A DNA stretch of 64,000 nucleotides, from the NCBI GenBank assembly GCA_010093605.1, contig MU004185.1:1323334-1387333 (forward strand). The letters are read 5' to 3'. Origin of the DNA: Lophium mytilinum. Its lineage: Eukaryota. The position numbers and the translations under genes are program-made. This document shows, in pieces, positions 35,975 to 46,700 of the stretch. The notes under the pieces were generated by a model. It saw only the letters and a program-made list of their open reading frames with translations, ran no database searches and was not told the DNA's origin. The number at the start of each line of letters is the position of its first letter. Position 1 is the stretch's first letter.

Positions 35975-36510
35975 GTGGGCTTTCTGAGGGTTTATCTGAG
36001 GGCATACCTGTGAGCGTTACCGTGGGCAGCGACATCATCGCAAATACAATTACCAGAGCTTAAGTCAGTGGGCACTCGAGACACAGTCTCTCTTCCTTTA
36101 CACACATCGTGGGTTGCATTATCTTTGTGGGCTTTCACCGCGCCATTGAGCGTGAGTGAGATACAGTTCCAGTGGGCTTTTGACTACTGTGGGTTTTTTT
36201 CGCACATTTTCTCGGCTTTTGTGGGAACACGATGCCTTGGAAGCGGACTTCTGTGGGCTCTGTGGGCTAGTGGGCTATTACACTTGTGGGCTTGAGGGAT
36301 TCCGTGTCACACGCGGTCTCTAAAGAATTCAGTGGGCTACTGCACGTTGAGGAAACCAGACCGAAAAGACGAACTTCTCCCAGTCCCTTGCGCTTGACCC
36401 GTCTAAGGTCGTTGACGCAAAGGCAAGCTACTGCTTGTCTAGACTACCCGCGACCTTTTTTGCGCCTTCGCATCTAGTCCGCTGGCGGCACAGTTACTGA
36501 CTCGTCCTAG
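35975..36510 (+). promoter_or_regulatory. NSR1 5' leader/leader intron with GTGGG motif cluster and one uORF
   Basis: 13 GTGGG and 3 GAGGG, all on the + strand in 35975-36336. Branch point and acceptor TTACTGACTCGTCCTAG end at 36510. Donor candidates lie at 36010, 36064 and 36152. Confidence 0.6.
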
Positions 36511-36538
36511 ATCAAGAAAACGCTTCAGCACCATCAAT

Positions 36539-38183
36539 ATGTCCAAAGTCAAGGCAGGCAAAGGCGATATCGCCAAGGTCTCGAAGAAGGATACCAAAAA
36601 GGTAGCTCCTGTCAAAGAAGGCCGCGTTACGAAACCCGCTCAGACCCCAAAGGCAAAGAGCAAGGAAGTTGCCAAGTCCGCCGCCGCCAAGGTCGAGAAG
36701 TCGTCGAAGAAGTCCAAGAAGGTAGCTACTCCTTCTCCTGAGCCCGAGTCTGAATCCGAGTCGGATTCCAGCGACGCCAGCGAGTCGAGTGCCTCCTCTT
36801 CCAGCAGCGAGAGCGATAGCGATAGCGACGCCGAAGTGGCTCCTAAGAAACTCAATGGTGTCAAGACTAATGGTGCCGTAAAGGCTCCAGCAACGGCCGA
36901 CTCTTCCGACGACGACTCGAGCGAGGCAGATAGCGATAGCAGCGACAGCGAGGCCGAGGCTGCCCCTACACCTGTGAAGGCAAACGGAGCCAAGGCCAAT
37001 GGCGCTGCTAAGGCGGCGGCTACTTCGGACTCTGATTCATCGGATGAGAGCGCGAGCAGCGAGGACGAGTCCGAGGATGAGAAGCCCGCTGCGACCAAGG
37101 CCAATGGAGCTGCGAAGGCCAAGAGCGCTGCTGTCAAGGCAGAGGACAGTGTAAGTAAAAGCAGGGCGTTCTTGGAGTAGCATGTCACTAACGAGAGCAG
37201 GATTCTTCTGATGACGACTCTGCCGACTCTGAGGCTGCTTCTGACGATTCCGACTCGAGCGAAGATGAGGCTCCTTCCAAGAAGCGCAAGGCTGAGACCG
37301 AGACCACTCCAGCTGCGAAGAAGACTAAGGTCGAGCCTGAAGCTGATGAGGGCATCAAGAACCTGTTTGTTGGCAACCTGAGCTGGAACATTGACGAGGA
37401 ATGGCTCACCCGTCACTTCGAGGAGTACGGAGAGATCACTGGGGCTCGTATCATTACGGACAAGGCCACTGGCAAGGCCAAGGGGTATGAAAATTTGCTT
37501 GTAACCTTACCTTGTCATCCGCTAACTGGGTTAGATTTGGATACGTCGAATTCGCATCTGGCGCCTCTGCCAAGGCCGCTCTCGAGGCGCTGAATGGCAC
37601 CGAACTTGATGGTCGCAACTTGAACGTTGACTACAGCACCCCTCGCTCCACCGAGAACAAGTCCTTTGCGGACCGCAGCAATGACCGTAGCAAGCGCTTC
37701 GGTGACCAGAAGGGCGCCCCTGCCAACACTCTGTTTGTTGGCAACATCTCATTCGAGGCCACTAACGACATGATCTCCGAATACTTCTCGGAGTACGGCA
37801 CAATCACCCGTGTGTCTCTCCCGACCGACCAGGAGACCGGCAACGCCAAGGGTTTCGGATACGTCGACTTCACTACCGTCGAGGAAGCTACGGCTGCCCT
37901 CGAGGCTCTCAACGGCGCCGACATTGCTGGCCGTGCCATTCGTCTTGACTACGCAACTCCTCGCCCAGATAACGGTGGAGGCGGACGTGGCGGCGGGTTC
38001 TCCCGTGGCGGCGGACGTGGTGGCGGACGCGGTGGCTTTGACCGCGGCGGACGTGGTGGTGGACGTGGCCGTGGTGGATTTGACCGTGGAGGCCGTGGCG
38101 GAGGACGCGGTGGAGGCCGTGGAGGCTCCTCGTACAACCGTGGTGGCTTCGGCGACTTCCAGGGCAAGAAGGTCACCTTCTAG
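36539..38183 (+). CDS. NSR1: Nucleolin homologue Nsr1/Gar2 (acidic Ser-rich N-terminus, 2 RRMs, RGG tail)
   Basis: RRMs NLFVGNLSWN..KGFGYVEF and TLFVGNISF..KGFGYVDF; RGG repeats ending FQGKKVTF*. Introns 37151-37200 and 37485-37534. Confidence 0.96.
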
Positions 38184-40141
38184 ATGCCTTCCATGTCAGC
38201 TTGCTGCATCTGGATCTCGTTTCGCAGAAATTGGGCACGAATGTCGACTGGTAGGTCATGATGTATCGGCGCCGATTCTGTATAGGAGGCTCCTAGCCTC
38301 AGGTATGATGGCATGACACGAGTATGAGTAGCTCCGATTTCCTAATATATTTTCTTTGGTTGGGCATAAAAGTTGTCTTGTTTTCACTCTTTCTGCACGA
38401 TACCCTTCTCTGTACCATACCTTCGTCACGCTGCTAGTGGTGTCTCTGCAAGGTTGTGGTTCGGCGAGGGGTGCGCCATGCACCGTTCAAGTGTGTGTCT
38501 GCTCTCCTTGGGTAGTAGTGTACGTAAACAATGAGTTTTGCTGAAGCCGGTATTCCATGATGCTTTTAGTGAGAATGACACAGATCAATATCTAACACCG
38601 CTTAAACGGACATGTATGTCTATCACATCACATGTCTCTGTTTCGCTATTACACGCAAATTCCTTAAATCTATAGAAAACTACCTTTTCTCCTCTCGCCG
38701 CTCAAGGATCAACAGCTACAATGCTCCGCCCCTAGCTTGGGATCCAAAGTATCGACCGCTCTTCCCCGTCGGCTTCTTTCCTCTAGAACTTCGCTCTCAA
38801 CATGTCAATTGGACAGATATCTCTTCTGCTCTTGAATAGATTGGTGTTTCTTTATGGGGTTATGTCGGCTTCGGAATGCATGAGCACCACGTGTTCACTC
38901 TAGATAGCACTCCTCCCGACACTCCAATCTCACCAAAGCTATTACACCATAGTCGACCCTCGGGCACACAAGGTACTACCAATATCTCTGGAGCGTCGAA
39001 CCCGCCTCCCTGGAAAAGTTACTTGTCAGCGTCGGATCCAGAGACGTGACAGGTGAGAACGTGACAGGCGTGACTCGGAGGACCGAGCGTCTAGGCCGTA
39101 TAAATACTGCGACTGCATCTCTGGACTCGATGTTTAGAGGACATGGGCAGGGGGGTTTGGAACGATCAAAAAACGAGGAGACTTATGTGTCCATGGAAAG
39201 TGGGGAGGAGAGCTCACCATCGGCTTCAAGGAAGAAGCATGGAGGTGTGTGGAGGATCAAAACGGGCAGATGATTGTTCACAATGGTGTAGGTAGCTTCG
39301 AAAAAGACAGCGTTGCCACCCTATGGAGCTATTGCGGATTTGTCGGTGGGGCAGTGGACGGGAGACGCCTAGGAGGGTGATTATCCCTAGGTCGTGATGA
39401 TGGTGTAGAGCGTTTCTTCAAACTGTAGGTTGATACCTATCTCGACTAGGCACACGTAGTGGAACCGAGCAGGTAAGGTTGAGAGTTGCAACGATTTGGG
39501 GAGATGCTCATTATCATCGCTGAAGACTTATAAACCTACGCGATATTCCACGCCATTGAACAGCGGTCCAACATGATAGCTTGGCTCCTGAGATGTTGCT
39601 CCTCTCCCACGCCGCACCATAGAGTGCGAAAACCCGCGTAGTTTCGTTGGTCGTTCGACACTCTTGAAGCTGAGAAGGCTGTCTGTTGGAAGGGACTCTA
39701 TGTGCACTCGCAAGAAAGGAAGAGCACACGTAGTTTACTCTTTCCCTTAGACCCACGTGATTCCAACCAACTGACACGTGACACAGCTCCCAGGTTTTTA
39801 CCCATCTCTCTCATTCACCCATCGAATCCTTCCTGCACCTTCTCGCCATGTACGCGTGAGGCATGCAAAAGGTGGTACTCTAATACTAGAACAAGCTGCC
39901 GTGGGTGTGTGAGTGTGTTCGCCACTTTTTAGGGTACTTTGACGCATTTTCATATATCTGAACAAGATAGAAGCTCTTCACCTAAAGCTGCACAGAAACC
40001 CCTACAGCACTTCAAACAGCGACAGACAGGTGTACACACTCGATCGTATGCTTAATTCGCATGTCTCTTTTCCCATTCACGCCCAACATACACACCCATC
40101 CACCAATCTCCTAGCACCCTTCCCTCTTCCACGCGACGTAG

Positions 40142-40180
40142 CATCCCATCCCATCCCCATCCCCATCCCCGTCCCATCCG
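40142..40180. repeat. (CCC(C)AT)n microsatellite
   Basis: catcccatcccatccccatccccatccccgtcccatcc. Confidence 0.7.
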
Positions 40181-42035
40181 CTCTCATCAATTCTCCATAG
40201 GTAGGCTCAAAGACGCCACCACTCCCCTCCCCCAGCCGATCCAAAAGACGTTCCTCGGCACCCCGCCCCCCCATGCTCCCCTCCCCAGCTCCCTCCCCTG
40301 CCCCATCCTTACCTCATCCCTACCCCATCATCCAACACCCACCCCTCTCCAGCTTACAACCAGCCCTACGGGTCCGCGCCCGGACAGCGATGACTGGCTG
40401 CGCGGCAGCGCGGTCGTTTTCCACGCGAGAGTGCCGCTGCCACATGCTCTTCCACGCGACGCGCGAGGCGACGTGACGAAGCTAGGGTCAGGGTCAGGAC
40501 CTAGTAACAAGCTAGGAGTGTCCGTCAACCGATCTCGAAACGGGCCGAGAGGAGATGAGAGTGAGACAGCCAGCAATATGCCGACGGCGATATAGGCACG
40601 ATGCTCGAGGTTGCGCCTCGCCTCCTATATGAAGAGAAAATAGAAAGAGGTCGGGTATTATGAACCGGTAAGCCGCCGCGCGCGTAGACGTTCTTAATCT
40701 TACATGTGTGCCGCGGTATCGGGTCGGGCAGGGACGCATATGCCCATGTGCGTGCCTGTGGCTATTTGCATCTGGATTTGGGTGGTATAGAGAGGCCTAA
40801 CGTCGGGTCGAGAATCTCGCACGGGCCTAGAACCTGGAAAGTGGACCGCACCCCCGCCAGCGCTATGCAAAACACGTGCCTTTACGTTCCGGCGATCTGA
40901 GAAGTTCTAGCTCTTGCTCAAGAACTCAATCGAGGAAACCAATTGGAGTGGTGAGAAGGTATTTGTCGTACGATGGTGGCGATGCATGACGATAGGGCTC
41001 GAAGTCGGGAACCGAGATGATTGGAAGAGACAGAACAGCTCCACATCTCTATCTCACGGAAACGCAGCAACGCGAGAAACGAGAAAAAACCCATCATTGA
41101 AAGCAATTCATGCATTCATAAGTTATGCAATTACCTAACGACATCCTCATTCTCGGTCTACTGTAAGAGGGTTAGGACACGTGTGCCTGACGACTCAGGT
41201 ACGGGCATCTCGCCTAACCCACTCCCGAGATTCCCCTCCCCCATGCCCAGTGCCAGCGCCACCAAAAGACGGACGTTTACCCAGTAGGATACAAGTCTGC
41301 AAACATACTTTTTTTCCGTAAGCCTGCCCCAGGGTATCCAGACTTTGATGTCAGAATTTTTCCACCCCGACGTATCCCGTCCCCAGCACCCCGCCTTTCC
41401 TACCCGATCCCCACATGTCCCAGCCAGTTGGTATAATTGAGCGCAACGCATAATGAGCTCTGGCCAGATAGCAGAGTTATGACCCTACAGTGTGACAAAT
41501 CTCAAGGAAAAAAAAACATGAAAGCAAAAAAAAGAGGAAATTAGAAGGGAAGACGGGATATCCATGTGCAAAGTGCAGGAAGCGAGTCCGGCCTCACGCA
41601 CGTGCGCCAGCTCTACCCCAGGTGCGCGCCGGCAGGGGTGTTGAAACAACCTTCAAAGCAAAATTACCTCCGTCATGCCAGCCCGAAGAGCGGTGACACT
41701 CAACGCGTGATGAAAACATGATGAAAACATAGAAGAAAAAAACGCAAAGCATCAGGCCATGCAGAAATGATCTCCAGGCATCCGGCTGAGATTATCTTCA
41801 GAAAGTTGCTAGCAACTCGTTTCGTGATACAAGGAAAATGATTAGACGCAGTGTCGAACATGTGAGATCTTTTTTCGCAGCAGGGTCCGGGATATGTATG
41901 TTAAAAGAACATGGATGCTGTAGGCTCCGTCAATCATGTGGAGGGTGCGAAGTCCGAAAATGCTAATATACAGGAGCAGAATCGCGGGTGGACCTCAAGA
42001 GATGCTCGGAATCGTCTCAGAGGTCGTCGGTACAT

Positions 42036-43756
42036 TTAGCGATGATCGTAGGGTCGTGCGCCGGCGAACTCGACGCCTTGCATCGCGGCCGAAGGAGGCG
42101 GCGGGCCCCATGGGGGAGCTTGTTGAAGTGGTGGTAGGATGGTGGTGCTGGCCGGGGCTTGTCCATGCTGTTGCGCTAACATGTTGGTCATGTTGCCGTA
42201 TATATGCGGATTGTTGGGATCGACGCGCCGCATGTGCTGCCACATGGTATGCAGCTCGGTGCGTAAATTCTCGCAATCCTCCTGCGCCCTTCTGCAGTAT
42301 TCGGCGTCCGGGCGTAGGCGAGCGTTTTCATTACGAGTCGCCTCGTGGGCTTTCGCCAGAGTTTTGATGTACTCGATCGCTGTGAGGGGTTAGATACAGC
42401 GGTTCAATGTTGGTTGCGTCAGACGTACATTTAGTGAGGATCTCCCACTTGCTTGACTTGCTGCCTGGCGAGTTGGGCAAGATCCCATTTAGTTCATCGA
42501 AGAGTCCTTTCATCTCACTTCGGCGCTTCCGCTCGGCCATTTTGTGACTGACACGGAGCTCTGGGGTACGGCTGTAATTACCGCTTCCGGGCGTCGAAGG
42601 ACTCTCACCGCTCTGCAGGCTGGTGACGTTACGGTGTTGCATGGAGTGGTGATGCGTCGTAGCGATGTCTCCTCGGCCATCAGGACCATATCCGTCTATG
42701 AGGTAGTCGGGGCGAGTGCCGTCGTCGAACCTCTTCTGCCCAGGCGGTAGGTTGGATTCGACCGTGAATACGCTGCTGTTGACTGACGTAGCGAAGCTAT
42801 TCTGGCGCGACAGTTTGTGGATATCGCCGCTCGAATCCCCACTGCTGGAACCTCGCCTGTCTTCGGGATCTATCTCGGCAGGGAAAGCCCACGCGTAACC
42901 TTTCGTCGGTGCAGCAGCCATAGGATCCGGCATGCCTGAAACGCTTCGGGGGTTTGGATTGATGACTGGAGCACGTCGAGGAGCCTGATTAGGCCGAGCT
43001 CCAGGGCGTGGGCCGAGTGGCGAGAGCGGCGACACTGCATTGGGGCGTGGGTCGTTGGTGATGCCGCGCTGCTGTTGGAGATTTGACACTAGAGAGACTC
43101 GGGACGCGTTTTGACTATCGTACGGTGACGAAGGGCTGATGGCCAGATGGCCCATGCCGACGTTCATCCGGCTGTCGACGCTGCTTCGTCGCGAGTCGAA
43201 GTGGGAGGTGTTGTTTTCGAAGCTGACACGGTTGTGGTCAAAGCCGTGATTGAGCGAAGGCAGGGCATTTCCCTGGCGGTGTTAGTTGGACGTGAGAACA
43301 CTGAGCTGCGGGGATAGTACCTGCTGATTGGCCTGCGGGTTGGAGTATCTCGCAGAGGAAGGAGTGTCAGGAACGGAGTTGCGTGTTGGCGAGTCCTCAG
43401 CGTTCAGGATGGTCTGAAGCTGGAGTCCCATGGTATTTGACACACCCGACGAGTCTGCTATAGAACTTAGTATATTGGTCAACGCCACAAGCTGAAGAGA
43501 CTCTTGGAATTGTACTTGTTACGTATCGCTCGGAGTTTTGCTTTTGCAGCGTGGCAGATAAGGGCGGATGCAGAGACTCACGTTTGCTCTGAGAAATTGA
43601 CCAATTGCCCGAGTCTCGAGCTTCGGAAGCGTGTCGTAGATGAGCAGGCGACTGCTCCGAGAGGGGATACTGGCCGGTCAACGAGGCAATGGACGGGAGT
43701 GCCTGGTTTTGAGACACGGGGACGGGCGCGCGGTGCTCTGCAGAAACAGCGTCCAT
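42036..43756 (-). CDS. bHLH transcription factor (SclR/UrdA/Hpa3-like)
   Basis: YSRTPELRVSHKMAERKRRSEMKGLFDELNGILP...KSSKWEILTK|SIEYIK is a bHLH domain; RDSGNWS near the N-terminus. Three clear GT-AG introns; stop at 42036. Confidence 0.9.
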
Positions 43757-46700
43757 GATGACGGCGGCGAAGAAGAGGCAATTGCGCGACGGGCTGGCCG
43801 ACAAGAAAGAAAAGGCGGTGCCGGGAAGAGGGAACTCGGCTTGAGGTGTGTGATGCAGACAAAGCCAGAAGGAGAGGGTGCACCAATGGCGTTCGGCGCT
43901 GAGCAGTCGACGCTAGGGCTCGTCTTGCGGGTCGAGACGACGACGTCAACACGGAGAAATAGAACGAAGAATAGACGAACAGAGGGCAGGACGCGACCGG
44001 AGAGGGCCGCGGTGGTTTAAGGTGGATGGAGGTTGGGAGAAGAACAAAGAGTCGAGTTGAGTTGCCTTTCTCGGGCAGAGCACGGGTTGGGATTGGGTTG
44101 GTGGTTGCTTCCTCCAGGGCACTCACGTTTTGGGCGGGGCACGAAATCTGCAACGCCAAGCACCGCCAACCTTCGACTTGCTCGCAAAGTACAGTACCTA
44201 CAACACGGCGCGAAGATCTCGGTAGCAGCGCCTTCGATCGGGAGAGCGTGGACGGGCAGCTCGCGCCAGCCGGCAGCAGAGGAGAGAGAGAGAAGCCAGG
44301 GACCTGTTCAGGACGCCGGCATCGAGTTCAGGACGTTTTCACAGCCAAAGCGGACGTGGCTGCAGTCGGTCCAGCACTGAAGACAGTCCAGACGGCCCAC
44401 ACGGAGCTCGCAGGCGGGGCGCTGGGACGGTCGAGGATTGACAGGCGCACAGCGGTGGTTAGGGCGTGGTGTCGTCGGACGGGCAGGCGGTGGACGTGGC
44501 CGCGGACAGAACGCTCCCTCGACGGACAAGGCGCAGAGTGAGGCGCGTCAGCAGGCGACGGCGCGAACTGCGAAGGACTCCAGGGCTCCAATGGGCTCGA
44601 AGAATTGCGAGCAGCAGCAGGCGGCGGGCTTGGAGTGGCGCTGGGGGTTGCACAAGAGAAGGGAGCCAGGACGGACGGGTGACGCGGGCGAGCACAAGAC
44701 ACGGCAGTCAAGACGCGAGCAGAGCAGCGGGTGCGAGTCCCGTGGGCGACGGGAGCAGAGGTCGGGCAGGTCGAATTGGCAGGCGGAGCTCAGCGCAGGA
44801 CTCAAGAGGGTGGAGGGGTGAGGTCGCGGAGTGGACGACGGCTGCTTGGGGCGATCGAGTCTTTCTTCAGCGTCGGCCGGCTGAATCGACCAGCGGGGCG
44901 GGCGTGCCTTGCATGGACTCTGGGACCCGGGGCAGCGGACGGTAGACAGTGCGCTCTGCTGGGGAGTCTCTGGTGGCACTCTGTTCGGCGTGCCGACGGC
45001 GGTGCAAAGTACAACCCGGGGTTTGCGGCGACGGACAGCAGAGGTGTTGGAGAGCAGGCCGGGGCGGAGCCAATTATTAGGGAGTATTGCCCCCAGGTCC
45101 CTTGGCCCAGACAAAGCATACCATCTCCCGCTGCTGCACGTGGGAATCGCCCGCCCAGTCGCTTTAGCCCGATCTCCCGCGTCATATCGGCCCGAGGGGT
45201 GTGTATCGCGGCCGTTGTCTCTGAGCCCATCCATCGCACTCGAGCAGGACAGAGGGAGCAGTGTTCGAAGCGGCCCGCGGAGCATCGAGCATCGAGCATC
45301 ACGCACCCGCACCAACAATCGGCAGCATGGGCGGCACGACCTGCCCGCGAGCTGGACGGGATCCCTCGACGCCTCGAAGCTGGGCGGGCCCGCAGCGAGG
45401 GCGCGATTGGGCGGCGTTGACAAGCCTCCAGGACAGCCTCGTGGCTCGCAGCGTGGGAGAACTAGCGCGGGCGGGATCTCCACACACGAGATTGCCGCTT
45501 AACGGGTGGTGCCAAAGACCTGCCTGTCTGAGAGGCGCCGAAAAGCAAACCTCCTGGACCTCGACACCGTGCGCATCTGCGCGCGAACCGTCGCGATCAA
45601 CCACAGTGCTTCTCAGCCTGAAGGCTCTCGGGGTCTCAGGGCCTCAGCAGGGTCAAGGCGCTGCTCCCTGGGCCGGCTTCCCTGCCTCAGGTCTCCACGC
45701 TCCTCCCCGACGCAGCCTGGGTTGATCTTCATCAAACCGCCAACGGCCTCGCTACCGCCTATCGCTGCACGCACTGGCCCGGGGAAAGCGGCCGTCCCTC
45801 GAGCTACGTCTCTGGTACCGTTCTCGAGCCATCCAACCATCCTCCAGCCATGTCCAACCACGCTGAAGCCATCATCGAGCCAGCGCCTTCAGGGCAGCTC
45901 GTAAGCAGGGCTGAAGACAGCGACGAGATCCCACGCCCCTGACTCCAGCGCCCGCGCGCATGGACGCCAACACCGGTATCGACTCCCACTCCAGCATCGA
46001 CTCCACCAGGCCATGACTTGCGACAGACGGGACAGACGCCCGAGCCCGCGGCCGGACTCTTGCCAAAAGGGCCTCAAGTTCTCAGCACAGCCTCTTTGCG
46101 CGCCCATGCCTCCCGTCGGCCCTGCACGCTCCTTGACCGCGGCCACTGGGCCGCTTTCGCCAGCCAAACACGGCCCGGACAGGCGCGCACATGTGCTGCT
46201 GGGCCTCGCACACTGCAACACCAGACCACCATCGCACCGTGGCCACGGCGCCCGCAGACCGAGTTTCACGCGCGCGCAAGCCTCTTCTTTGTCCTGACGA
46301 CCTGCTTGCTGCCCTCGCGTTGCACACCAAGCCCATGACTCGATCGCCCGCGCCGAAGATGCCCCAGCAGGCCTCACAGATCTCGTGCAACAGCGGCGTT
46401 GCAAGCTCCCCTCTGCACTCCCACGCACCCCGAGCTGACTGGCCGCCTGCAGCATGCCAGGGAGGAGCACGGCAGCGTTTCCGTCACGTTCGACCTGCCA
46501 CGGCAGCCGCAAACTCGCCCTGCCAGGCATTCACCATCGCCCTCTACGTCGACTCCACCCCTCTGCATCGTAGCCAGTCGGAACCCTCCAGCCCTGGGCC
46601 AGTGTCGTACAGAGGGGTACGGTAGCCATCGCTTGCCTGCATCGACTGCCTAGCTGCCGCTGCATGTCATTCCTAAATCTTCTCCACTGTCCGCTCTGCT

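Noticed and set aside
36640..37416. 258-aa antisense ORF over NSR1
   Set aside because: It is a shadow of the low-complexity sense codons.
44000..46650. Many overlapping 100-310 aa ORFs on both strands
   Set aside because: High GC suppresses stop codons; the ORFs are Arg/Ala/Pro-rich with no domain motifs or splice structure.
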